A DNA stretch of 64,000 nt, taken from contig SVST01000007.1 in the NCBI GenBank assembly GCA_015064155.1, forward strand, positions 10,077 through 74,076, given 5' to 3'. Made by a program: the position numbers and the translations under genes. Below, piece by piece: positions 20,761 to 30,027 of the stretch. Every line of letters starts with the position of its first letter. Within the stretch, counting starts at the first letter, position 1. Below the pieces are notes generated by a model, which was not told the origin of the DNA, searched no databases, and saw only the letters and a program-made list of their open reading frames with translations. The DNA comes from Oscillospiraceae bacterium. GTDB taxonomy: Bacteria > Bacillota > Clostridia > Oscillospirales > CAG-272.

Positions 20761-21765
20761 ATGCAAAGCAACGTACGTCCCGAAACCATGGCGCGCATCA
20801 CGAATGCCGCGCTGGCAGAGGCTTTTATTGAGGAACAGGTTCGCGAGGTTCGCGCACAGGTTGGAGATAAGAAGGTGCTGTTGGCACTTTCCGGCGGAGT
20901 TGACTCCTCGGTGGTGGCGGCACTGTTGATCAAGGCAATCGGCAAGCAGCTCGTTTGCGTACACGTCAATCACGGACTCATGCGCAAGGGCGAGAGTGAG
21001 CAGGTGATCGAGATCTTCCGCAATCAGCTTGACGCAAATTTGGTTTACGTTGACGCAACCGACCGCTTTTTGAATCTGTTGGCAGGAGTTTCCGATCCCG
21101 AGAAGAAGCGCAAGATCATCGGCGCGGAGTTTATCAACGTCTTTGCCGACGAGGCACGCAAGCTGGACGGTGTCGCGTTCTTGGCGCAGGGAACCATCTA
21201 TCCCGATATTTTGGAAAGCATTAAGCAGGCAGAGGGTAAAAAGGCGGTTAAGTCGCACCATAACGTAGGTGGCTTGCCCGAGGATCTGAAGTTTGACGGA
21301 CTGGTAGAGCCGATCAAGCTGCTCTATAAGGATGAGGTGCGTGTCGTCGGTGAGGCACTCGGACTTTCTCACGAGATGGTGTACCGTCAGCCGTTCCCCG
21401 GTCCCGGACTTGGCGTTCGTTGCCTGGGCGCGATCACGCGTGACCGCTTGGAGGCTTTGCGCGAGGCAGACGCCATCGTACGTGAGGAGTTTGCCAACAG
21501 CGGACTTGCAGGAAAGGTATGGCAGTATTTTGCGGTCGTGCCGGACATCAAGAGCGTTGGTGTGAAGGACGACAGCCGCTATGAGGGTTGGCCTGCAATC
21601 ATCCGCGCGGTCAACACGGTGGACGCAATGACCGCAACCATCGAGGAGATCCCCTACGAGGTTCTGCACAAGATCACCGCACGCATCACCGCAGAGGTCG
21701 ACGGCATTAACCGCGTGCTCCTTGATTTGACACCGAAGCCCGTCGGAACGATCGAGTGGGAATAA
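20761..21765 (+). CDS. guaA: GMP synthase ATP-pyrophosphatase subunit only (no glutaminase domain)
   Basis: LSGGVDSS, QGTIYPD, KSHHNVGGLP, RQPFPGPGLGVR, KPVGTIEWE; 334 aa. Confidence 0.9.
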   Translation: MQSNVRPETMARITNAALAEAFIEEQVREVRAQVGDKKVLLALSGGVDSSVVAALLIKAIGKQLVCVHVNHGLMRKGESEQVIEIFRNQLDANLVYVDATDRFLNLLAGVSDPEKKRKIIGAEFINVFADEARKLDGVAFLAQGTIYPDILESIKQAEGKKAVKSHHNVGGLPEDLKFDGLVEPIKLLYKDEVRVVGEALGLSHEMVYRQPFPGPGLGVRCLGAITRDRLEALREADAIVREEFANSGLAGKVWQYFAVVPDIKSVGVKDDSRYEGWPAIIRAVNTVDAMTATIEEIPYEVLHKITARITAEVDGINRVLLDLTPKPVGTIEWE

Positions 21766-21878
21766 TTCTATTAATCAACTATGGTATAATAGCAAAACGG
21801 CGAACCTTTTGCCGCGCGGTGCATGTTATGTTAGTGAGCGTGCGACCGCAATAGTTTATAGATAAGACGGGAATTTTT

Positions 21879-22808
21879 ATGGTTTACGAAAACATCTTAC
21901 AAGCGATGGGGAATACCCCGATCATCAGATTGCAAAAAATGGTTGACAGCGACAGCGCACAGATCCTTGTGAAATTTGAGGGCTTGAACGTTGGCGGCTC
22001 GATCAAAACCAGAACTGCATATAATATGATCCGCGATGCCGAAAAGCGCGGACTCATCAACAAGGACACGGTTATCGTGGAGCCCACCAGCGGAAATCAG
22101 GGCATCGGTCTTGCTCTCGTTGGCGCGGTGCGCGGTTATCAAACCAAGATTATCATGCCCGACTCGGTGAGTGAGGAAAGACGGAAGCTCGTGCGCCACT
22201 ACGGTGCGGAGGTCATTTTGGTGCATGACGCAGGCAATATCGGTGACTGCATCGACGAGTGTGTCAAGCTGGCACTGAAAATGCGCGACGAGGATCCGAG
22301 GGTCTTTGTTCCGCAGCAGTTTGAAAACCCCGCGAATCCTTGGGTGCAGAAAAACGTGACCGCGCAGGAGATCCTTTCGCAGGTTGACGGTCCCATCCAC
22401 GGCTTCTGCTCGGGCATTGGTACGGGCGGTACCATCACGGGTATCGGCGAGGCACTCAAGGCAGAGAATCCCGATATGGAAATTTGGGCGGTTGAGCCTG
22501 AGCATGCGGCAATTCTTTCGGGAGGCTCGATCGGTACGCATATCCAGATGGGCATCGGTGACGGTGTGATTCCCGTGATTCTGAATCAGTCGATCTTCAA
22601 CGATATCTGCATCATTAAGGATGAGGAAGCGATCCGCGCGTCCAAGGAGCTGGCAAGCAAGGAGGGCATTATGTGCGGTATTTCCAGCGGTACGAACGTT
22701 GCCGCCGCGATCAAGCTTGCGAAAAAGCTTGGAAAGGGCAAAACGGTGGTCACCGTGCTTCCCGACACGGCTGAACGCTATTTTTCCACCCCTTTGTTCG
22801 ACGATTGA
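21879..22808 (+). CDS. PLP-dependent cysteine-synthase-family enzyme, non-canonical
   Basis: GNTP, GGSIK, EPTSGN, GTGGT, GISSG, PDTAERYFST. Confidence 0.85.
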   Translation: MVYENILQAMGNTPIIRLQKMVDSDSAQILVKFEGLNVGGSIKTRTAYNMIRDAEKRGLINKDTVIVEPTSGNQGIGLALVGAVRGYQTKIIMPDSVSEERRKLVRHYGAEVILVHDAGNIGDCIDECVKLALKMRDEDPRVFVPQQFENPANPWVQKNVTAQEILSQVDGPIHGFCSGIGTGGTITGIGEALKAENPDMEIWAVEPEHAAILSGGSIGTHIQMGIGDGVIPVILNQSIFNDICIIKDEEAIRASKELASKEGIMCGISSGTNVAAAIKLAKKLGKGKTVVTVLPDTAERYFSTPLFDD

Positions 22809-22814
22809 CCGTTT

Positions 22815-22895
22815 ATGGGGAGAGGCTTTTCAAAAGCTTCTCCCCTATATTTTTTTCAATCCCTTTCAACGAGATTTTTTTCGTGAAAGGGATTG
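22815..22895. terminator. Two hairpin terminators between convergent genes
   Basis: GGGGAGAGGCTTT/AAAGCTTCTCCCC and CAATCCCTTTCA/TGAAAGGGATTG. Confidence 0.7.
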
Positions 22896-22930
22896 TTTTT
22901 CGTTGCATCACGCAGGATGGAACGATGAAA

Positions 22931-23689
22931 TTACGTCAGCAGTGTCACCCCGAGGGTTTGAAATTCTTCTTTTGCTTCGTCGGAAAAGCTGCCGTTGGTG
23001 ACGATATAGTCGGCAACCGAGATATCGCTGATCTTGGCAAAGGCTTTGTGACCGAATTTGGAACGGTCGGCTGCCACGATACAGGTATCCGATTGCTCCA
23101 GCATGGCGATATCTACGTCGGATTCCTTGTTATAGTAGGTCGTAAAGCCGCGTTCCTTATCAATGCCGTCTACCGACAGAATCAGCTTGTCGGCATGGTA
23201 TTTGCGCAGCTGCTTCACCGCGTCGTTTCCATAGGTAAACTGGTATTTCGTGTTTACCGCGCCGCCCACCAAAATGACGTTGTAATTGGGGTTTCCCGAT
23301 GCCTCCAAGGCAATCGAGATCGAATTGGTGACGATGCTCAGATTATAGTCGGCGGGAAATTTACGGAATACCAAAAGGGTAGTGGTTCCCGCATTGAGCA
23401 TAATGGTATCGTTGGGACAGATCATTGCCGCAACGCGCTCTGCGATCTCTACCTTTTCCTTTTGATTGGTTTCCAGACGTTGGTTGAGATTCATGCTGTA
23501 GTACGGCTTGTAGGAGCTGACGGCACCTCCGTGCACGCGGGAGAGCAGTCCCTTTTTCTCCATGTCCTCCAAATAGCTGCGGATGGTTACCTCGGAAACG
23601 TCAAACAAACGGCTCAGCTCGGTAACGCGAACCGAATCGTTTTCCTTTAACAGCTCCGATATTTTTTGCTTTCGTTGTTCTGCGGTCAT
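22931..23689 (-). CDS. DeoR/GlpR-family transcriptional regulator
   Basis: VSEVTIRSYL..RVHGGA HTH; AGTTT, IVTNSI, ADRSKFG. Confidence 0.95.
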   Translation of the reverse strand: MTAEQRKQKISELLKENDSVRVTELSRLFDVSEVTIRSYLEDMEKKGLLSRVHGGAVSSYKPYYSMNLNQRLETNQKEKVEIAERVAAMICPNDTIMLNAGTTTLLVFRKFPADYNLSIVTNSISIALEASGNPNYNVILVGGAVNTKYQFTYGNDAVKQLRKYHADKLILSVDGIDKERGFTTYYNKESDVDIAMLEQSDTCIVAADRSKFGHKAFAKISDISVADYIVTNGSFSDEAKEEFQTLGVTLLT

Positions 23690-23831
23690 ATCCTTTTCCT
23701 CGCATCCTCGTTGGTGGTTTTACGGTATCTGCTATTAGTATACCATGTGCGCGCGTATTTGTCAAGTCTGCGATTTTCTTTCGTTTTCATTGTGAGATCT
23801 CCCAAAAAGAAAGAAAAAGACAAAAATTATC

Positions 23832-23860
23832 TTGACAAGATGACAAAGCTGTTGTATAAT
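23832..23860 (+). promoter_or_regulatory. sigma-A promoter of TPI-SIS-YjbQ operon
   Basis: TTGACA-17-TATAAT. Confidence 0.8.
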
Positions 23861-23897
23861 AGGAACTGTGAAAAATTGTAAAAAGGGCGGTATGTAT

Positions 23898-24599
23898 ATG
23901 TATCAAGGATTTAAGATCAACCCTCCGTTTTTTGAGGTGGGACCCAAGGCAATTATTTGGGGCGAGGAAATGCTGGCACTGGCAAAGGTGATCGACAAAA
24001 CGGCTATGAAGTACGACGTTGACATCATCGTTACGCCGCAGTATACCGACATCAAGCTGCTTGCCGACAACACCGAGCGCATTTTGGTTTTTGCACAGCA
24101 CATGGATGCACTGGTGCCGGGACGCGGCTTGGGAAGCGTACTTCCCGAGGCGGTGAAAGCTGCGGGTGCCGTGGGCGTTATGCTCAACCATGCAGAGAAG
24201 CCTTTGGATATGGAAACGCTGGAAAAAACGATTCGCCGTGCCGATGAGGTGGGGCTGGCAACCATCGTTTGTGCAGATACGGTGGAGGACGTGAAGCGGA
24301 TTGCACACATGGCCCCCAACCTAATCGTTGCCGAGCCCACTGATCTGATCGGAACGGGTACCACGAGTGATTCCAATTACGTGATCGAAACGATCAAGAC
24401 CGTTCGTGACATCAACCCCGACATTATGGTGCTTCAGGGGGCGGGAATCTCCAACGGACAAGACGTTTACAACACCATCAAGCTGGGTGCGCAGGCAACC
24501 GGCTCGACCAGCGGTATTCTCAAGGCGGCAGATCCCTACGCAATGGTTGAGGAGATGATCTACAACCTGAGAAAAGCGTGGGATGAGCTTCACCCCTAA
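23898..24599 (+). CDS. Archaeal-type triose-phosphate isomerase paralog
   Basis: GPK, NHAE, AEPTDLIGTG, GAGIS, SGILKA; 233 aa. Confidence 0.85.
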   Translation: MYQGFKINPPFFEVGPKAIIWGEEMLALAKVIDKTAMKYDVDIIVTPQYTDIKLLADNTERILVFAQHMDALVPGRGLGSVLPEAVKAAGAVGVMLNHAEKPLDMETLEKTIRRADEVGLATIVCADTVEDVKRIAHMAPNLIVAEPTDLIGTGTTSDSNYVIETIKTVRDINPDIMVLQGAGISNGQDVYNTIKLGAQATGSTSGILKAADPYAMVEEMIYNLRKAWDELHP

Positions 24600-24614
24600 A
24601 AAAGGCGGTGCAAC

Positions 24615-25211
24615 ATGAAGAAGGAAAGCTTACAAGCGGCAAAGACCGCGTATGGAATTGAGGCGGAATGCTTGCAAAATATGCTGTCGTATTTTGACGA
24701 GGACGCATTTTCCGCGGCGGTTGAGCTGCTCAAAGATGCACCGCGTATCGGCGCATCGGGCTGCGGTCATTCGGGAATTATCTGTCAGCATTTTGCGCAC
24801 CTGATGTGCTGCATTGAGCGTCCCGCACGCTTTGTTTCGCCTGCCGAGGCAATTCACGGTGCCACCGGCTTTTTGCAAGAGGGGGACGTGATGCTGCTTG
24901 CCTCTCGCGGCGGAAAGACGGCGGAGCTGTTGCCGATTCTGGATATCTGCAAACGAAAGGGAATCCGCGTGATTACGGTCACCGAAAATCTGGAGTCCCC
25001 CTTGGCTACCGGTGCTGACGTGGTATTGAAGCAATATGTCAATCGCGAAACCGACAAATACAATTCGCAGGGAACCACCTCGTCCACCGCGCTTTGCATG
25101 ATCTTCCACGCTCTGCAAACCGCGTTGATTGAGGAAACCGATTACAAAAACGAGCAATTCGCCGTGATTCATCCCGGCGGTGCCGTTGGCGAACGCCTGA
25201 ACAAGAAATAA
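24615..25211 (+). CDS. SIS-domain sugar-phosphate isomerase (KdsD/GutQ-like, no CBS domains)
   Basis: GCGHSG, EAIHG, SRGGKTAE, TTSST, HPGG. Confidence 0.85.
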   Translation: MKKESLQAAKTAYGIEAECLQNMLSYFDEDAFSAAVELLKDAPRIGASGCGHSGIICQHFAHLMCCIERPARFVSPAEAIHGATGFLQEGDVMLLASRGGKTAELLPILDICKRKGIRVITVTENLESPLATGADVVLKQYVNRETDKYNSQGTTSSTALCMIFHALQTALIEETDYKNEQFAVIHPGGAVGERLNKK

Positions 25212-25247
25212 GAAACTAAAAAACACATAAACAAGGAGATTGAAATC

Positions 25248-25868
25248 ATGGAATTTAAGGTTTATCAAAAAGAGCTTGAGCTGCAGTCCAGAGGTTGGAT
25301 TCCGACCTTCCACGACATTTCCAAAGAGGTAAACGAGATCGTTGCCGCATCGGGCATTAAGAACGGTACGGTTGCAATCGTATCTCACCACACTACCTGC
25401 TCGGTTATGGTCCAGGAATGCTCTCACGATATCGACAGCTTTGACTTGGAGTATCTCCAGCACGACCTGCTCGACATCATGAGAAAGATGATCCCCGATT
25501 TTGCAGAGGAGCATCAGTACCGTCATCCCGGTCCGATCCATGCGCAGTTCGGCAGATACGTAAACGAGCCCGGTGACTACTCCAGCATGAACACAGACGG
25601 ACATCTGCGCAGCGTATTCTTCGGCAGAAGCGAAACTATGACCATCAAGGACGGCGTTCTGGATGGCGGATTGTTCGCGCACGTTTACTTCATCGACTGG
25701 GACCACGTCATTGCGCGTCGCAGACAGGTGAACATCACGGTTATGGGTACGACCGAGGACGTTGAGGACAGAAAGTGGAACGGCGGCGAGGTGATCAACA
25801 CCCGTCACAAGTTTACCGAAGAAGAAAAGGCATACGATCTGCACTATGATCTGCAGTTGAAGCGCTGA
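25248..25868 (+). CDS. YjbQ/UPF0047-family protein with C-terminal extension
   Basis: SGIKNG, HHTTCS..QE, YRH, NTDGHLRS, FIDWD. Confidence 0.85.
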   Translation: MEFKVYQKELELQSRGWIPTFHDISKEVNEIVAASGIKNGTVAIVSHHTTCSVMVQECSHDIDSFDLEYLQHDLLDIMRKMIPDFAEEHQYRHPGPIHAQFGRYVNEPGDYSSMNTDGHLRSVFFGRSETMTIKDGVLDGGLFAHVYFIDWDHVIARRRQVNITVMGTTEDVEDRKWNGGEVINTRHKFTEEEKAYDLHYDLQLKR

Positions 25869-25895
25869 TTCCGATTCTTGATCGGATTGATCAAA

Positions 25896-25940
25896 AAAAG
25901 AGATACGGTTTTGTGAATTTTGCAGAACCGTATTTCTTTT
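25896..25940 (+). terminator. Rho-independent terminator
   Basis: AAAAGAGATACGGTTTTGT...GCAGAACCGTATTTCTTTT. Confidence 0.75.
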
Positions 25941-26030
25941 TGCCTTTTTCCTTGACAGACCGGATTTGAGTGTGCTATAATGAATCTATTAAAACAAGTT
26001 CGCCGAGCTCGGTGAAAGAAAGGACTTTTT

Positions 26031-27962
26031 ATGAAACGCTATTTCAAAAGATTCATGCTTTTCGTTTGCGTGCTGACGGTGTTTTCCTTGGTGCTGACGG
26101 CATGTGGAAACGATGACAAGCCGGCAGAAACGACCGAGGTGCCCGCAAGCTCCGCAGAAACTCCCGCGTCTTCCGTAGAGGAGCCCGCGTCTTCCGTAGA
26201 GGAGCCCGCGTCTTCCGTTGAAGAGCCCGAGTCCTCCGTTGAAGAGCCCGCGTCTTCCGTAGAAGAGCCCGCGTCTTCCGTAGAGGAGCCCGCGTCTTCC
26301 GATGAAGAGCCCGCGTCCTCCGTAGAAGAGCCCGCGTCTTCCGTTGAAGAACCCGCGTCCTCCGTAGAAGAGCCCGCGTCTTCCGATGAAGAGCCCGCGT
26401 CTTCCGATGAAGAGCCCGCGTCTTCCGTAGAAGAGCCCGAGTCTTCCGTAGAGGAGCCCGCGTCTTCCGTAGAGGAGCCCGCGTCTTCCGTTGAAGAGCC
26501 CGCGTCTTCCGATGAAGAGCCCGCGTCTTCCGTAGAGGAGCCTGCGTCTTCCGTAGAGGAGCCTGCGTCTTCCGTAGAGGAGCCCGCGTCTTCCGTAGAG
26601 GAGCCCGAGTCTTCCGTTGAAGAGCCCGAGTCATCCGTTGAGGAGCCCGCGTCTTCCGATGAAGAGCCCGCGTCCTCCGTAGAAGAGCCCGCGTCTTCCG
26701 TTGAGGAGCCCGAGTCCTCCGTTGAAGAGCCCGCATCTTCCGTTGAAGAGCCCGAGTCTTCCGTTGAAGAGCCCGCGTCTTCCGTTGAGGAGCCCGAAAG
26801 CTCCGGTGATGAGCCAACGATCGAACCGACCGTGCCGACCTTGTTGTTGGGCGACTTTGATATCTCCGATTACGTCATCATTTACGAAACGCCTGCGGAA
26901 AGATCCCAGATGGGGGCTTACTGGAGAGATGAGTACGATAGCGGTAAGGTAACGGCAACCCGTTTGGCAGAGATGATTCAAGCCAAGTTCGGTGTGGAAT
27001 TGAAGGTATATCGCGATAAGACGCGTGCTGTCGGCTCACACGAAATTCTGATTGGAAAAACCAACCGTACCGAATCCTCCTGCGATGCTGTAACCGCCTT
27101 GACCGATGATGATTTCTACATCGGTATGCAAGGGGAAAAGCTGGTGATCTGCGGCGGTGTTGCAGGCTCGACCTACCACGCGCTCGACAACCTGGAGGCT
27201 TATTTTGCAACCACGGTCGAAAACAGCGCGTACGCGATTGACGAGAGCTCCGAGCTTTCCGGCAGCTACCATCTGCAGCGCATCGCAATGCTCGGCGACA
27301 GCATTACCTACGGCGCGTTGGCTACCAACTACACCACCAACGGTGCTTTGCTGGGATACCCCAATCAGGTTGGCAGAATGTATTGGCAGGAATGCACGGT
27401 AACCGTATATGCACAGCCCGGTGTTTGTATGCGCCAGGATCTCAGCGGCTTTGTTACCATTCAGCTTTGGACCAACTTTAAGTTGGATCTTGTGAAGAAA
27501 GGCTATGACATCGTGCTGATTATGCTGGGCACGAACGACAGCTATACCGATACCAAAACCGGTGATACCTGGGACGGCGTTTGGACCGATGCCGATGATA
27601 CCGCTTTCCTCAACAGCGTTGAGCTGATGGCAAAGACCATCAAACGCTACTCTCCCGACACGGAAATGGTTCTTATGAATTGCCCCGTATACTATCGCAC
27701 TGCGGCAACGCACGCAAGCCATTATCACTCCTCGCCTCGCGTGCTTGCCCTGCAAAAGCAGGCTGCTCTCGATCTGCGGGAAAAGGGCTATAACATTCAC
27801 TTCTATGATATGAATGCTTATACCACCGACAATACGACGGCTTCTCAGTTCCCGGACCTTTTGCATCCCGGTGACGAGGGTCATGAAATCATCGCAAAGG
27901 GTGTTGTAGACATGATCAAGCTGCTCCTGGAGGGCAAAACCGATAAATATCTGATCAACTGA
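26031..27962 (+). CDS. Lipoprotein: SSVEEP repeat stalk, accessory domain and SGNH/GDSL hydrolase
   Basis: Lipobox LTAC; GDSITYG, LGTND, DLLHP catalytic blocks; HEILIGKTNR middle domain. Confidence 0.85.
   Translation: MKRYFKRFMLFVCVLTVFSLVLTACGNDDKPAETTEVPASSAETPASSVEEPASSVEEPASSVEEPESSVEEPASSVEEPASSVEEPASSDEEPASSVEEPASSVEEPASSVEEPASSDEEPASSDEEPASSVEEPESSVEEPASSVEEPASSVEEPASSDEEPASSVEEPASSVEEPASSVEEPASSVEEPESSVEEPESSVEEPASSDEEPASSVEEPASSVEEPESSVEEPASSVEEPESSVEEPASSVEEPESSGDEPTIEPTVPTLLLGDFDISDYVIIYETPAERSQMGAYWRDEYDSGKVTATRLAEMIQAKFGVELKVYRDKTRAVGSHEILIGKTNRTESSCDAVTALTDDDFYIGMQGEKLVICGGVAGSTYHALDNLEAYFATTVENSAYAIDESSELSGSYHLQRIAMLGDSITYGALATNYTTNGALLGYPNQVGRMYWQECTVTVYAQPGVCMRQDLSGFVTIQLWTNFKLDLVKKGYDIVLIMLGTNDSYTDTKTGDTWDGVWTDADDTAFLNSVELMAKTIKRYSPDTEMVLMNCPVYYRTAATHASHYHSSPRVLALQKQAALDLREKGYNIHFYDMNAYTTDNTTASQFPDLLHPGDEGHEIIAKGVVDMIKLLLEGKTDKYLIN
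26169..26798 (+). repeat. Coding minisatellite, 30 x 21 bp (SS[VD]EEP[AE])
   Basis: Unit TCTTCCGTAGAGGAGCCCGCG and variants; 630 bp = 30 units. Confidence 0.95.
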
Positions 27963-28123
27963 ATATAGGTGAATATAGGCTCTCCCGACAGCCCCAAAGC
28001 GGTTTGTCGGGAGAGCTTCTGCTTTGGGAGAGGATGCGAAATTGCCCAAAATATTCCTTGACAAGGGATATAAAGTGTGATATAATAAGCTGTTCATTCA
28101 AGATAAGAAAAGAGGATTCATCT

Positions 28124-29404
28124 ATGTCGAACAGTTTGATTCGTCCAAGGGCAAGAGGCATTGCGTGGATGCTGACCTTGGTGTATTTTGCAAGCTATTT
28201 CATGCGAATCAATTTTGCCGTGATGATCGTTAAGGTTTGCGCGGATATGAACAAGGCGGAAACCGATCTCGCGATCGTTTTGACGATGCTGACCATTTCA
28301 TACGGCTTGGGACAGATTATCAACGGCTTTTTGGGCGATAAAATCAAGCCCCAGTATATGCTGTCCTTCGGACTTGGTTTGGCGGTGATCTGCAACGTTT
28401 GCATGGCTTTCGCGCAAGCCATTCCGCTGATGATGGCGGTTTGGTGCGTCAACGGCTTTGCGCATTCCATGCTTTGGCCGCCCATCGTTCGCTTGATGTC
28501 GGGCTATCTCACCAACGATGAATACAGCTACGCAGCCGTTCGCGTTTCTTGGGGCTCTTCGTTTGCAACCATTCTCTTGTATCTTCTGTGCCCCGCGCTC
28601 TTGATGGCAATCTCGTGGCGGCACGTGATTCTTGCCTGCGCAGCAATCGGTGCTGTGATTTTGGTGGTTTGGCAGATTCTTCACGTACGACTGTTTGATC
28701 AGCCGCTGTCCCCCGTGGTTTCTTCGAACCGTGCCGAGAAGACCAAGACGGTTGGCGAGAAGCTTCCGCGCTACGTTCTTTTTGCCATTCCCATGATTAT
28801 GCTGGGGATCGTTTTGCAGGGCTCGCTTCGCGACGGTGTGACCGACTGGATGCCGTCCATTCTGCACGCTCGGTTTGATCTTCCCGCAGAAAATGCGATT
28901 TTGTATACCGTGATTCCCGCGATTTTCAGTGTGTTCAGCTTTATGGGCTTTGATCTGTTGCATCGGAAGCTGTTTCGTAACGAGGTGACTTGTGCAACCG
29001 TGATTTTCGTCGGCTCGGCTATCAGCGCACTTTTGCTTGCATGCTCGGATATGTGGTTCCGGGTTCCTGCCATCGCAATTCTTTTGATGGCGTTGATCAT
29101 TGCTTGCATGCACGGTATCAATCTGATGCTGATCACCGTGGTTCCCAAACGGTTTTTGAAAACCGGTAAGGTTTCTACCATGTCGGGTATCTTGAATGCT
29201 TGTACATACGTCGGTGCATCGATTTCGGTGTACGGCTTTGCCGCCCTGAAGGAGCATTTCGACTGGACGTTCGTCTTTTTCTTGTGGTTTGGCATTTCTG
29301 CCGCAGGTGCTGTGGTTTGCGGTGCGATTGCGCCCGTATGGAAGAAATTCAGAAGAGAATATGCCGATACACCGCTTTCCACCGAGGAAGAAGACCCCAA
29401 ATAA
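28124..29404 (+). CDS. MFS transporter (OPA/GlpT-like)
   Basis: About 12 hydrophobic segments; YFMRIN, GFLGDK, WCVNGFAHSMLWPP; own TTGACA-17-TATAAT promoter. Confidence 0.85.
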   Translation: MSNSLIRPRARGIAWMLTLVYFASYFMRINFAVMIVKVCADMNKAETDLAIVLTMLTISYGLGQIINGFLGDKIKPQYMLSFGLGLAVICNVCMAFAQAIPLMMAVWCVNGFAHSMLWPPIVRLMSGYLTNDEYSYAAVRVSWGSSFATILLYLLCPALLMAISWRHVILACAAIGAVILVVWQILHVRLFDQPLSPVVSSNRAEKTKTVGEKLPRYVLFAIPMIMLGIVLQGSLRDGVTDWMPSILHARFDLPAENAILYTVIPAIFSVFSFMGFDLLHRKLFRNEVTCATVIFVGSAISALLLACSDMWFRVPAIAILLMALIIACMHGINLMLITVVPKRFLKTGKVSTMSGILNACTYVGASISVYGFAALKEHFDWTFVFFLWFGISAAGAVVCGAIAPVWKKFRREYADTPLSTEEEDPK

Positions 29405-29424
29405 CCGATTGAGAAAGGAATTGA

Positions 29425-29844
29425 ATGATGATGAATCAGTTGCCGAGAACAAAGGGAATCCACCACGTTGCGCTGAAAGCCGCGGGGTTGGAATCGTTTC
29501 AAAAAATGATACGCTTTTATCATGAACTGTTGGGAATGCCGATCGTACGGACGTGGGGCGAGGGAGATTCCTCCGCCGCGATGCTTGATACGGGTGACGG
29601 GGCTGTGCTGGAGTTGTTTGCCAATGCGCCCGACGTGCTTGGCGCGGGTGCGCTTCGCCACATTGCGTTTGCTTGCGACGATCCTGACGCTGCCATTGAG
29701 CGCGTTCGCCGTGAGGGGTATACGGTAACGATGGAGCCTAAGGATATTGTCATTCCCTCATGTCCTCCTTACCCTGCAAGAATTGCCTTTTGCATCGGAC
29801 CCGTAGGGGAGGAAGTCGAATTTTTCTGCGTCAAGGAGCAGTAA
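29425..29844 (+). CDS. VOC/glyoxalase-family protein
   Basis: IHHVAL, LELF, HIAF, GPVGEEVEF. Confidence 0.9.
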   Translation: MMMNQLPRTKGIHHVALKAAGLESFQKMIRFYHELLGMPIVRTWGEGDSSAAMLDTGDGAVLELFANAPDVLGAGALRHIAFACDDPDAAIERVRREGYTVTMEPKDIVIPSCPPYPARIAFCIGPVGEEVEFFCVKEQ

Positions 29845-30027
29845 GCTGCACGGTCGGTGTTGGCTTTACAAAAATTCCCTTTCAAAAAGAGAAATTTTTT
29901 TATTTGAAATTGCATTTTTTCTTGACAAAGCGGAAAAAAGAGTTTATAATAGTAAGGTAATGATCCAGTACAATCTATTTTTTGCAAGAAAGATTTATTT
30001 TCTTGCATAGGGAAAGGTTTGAAAACA

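Noticed and set aside
26169-26798. Possible CRISPR array (also 12958-13281)
   Set aside because: Head-to-tail units with no unique spacers, in frame within lipoproteins, no cas genes
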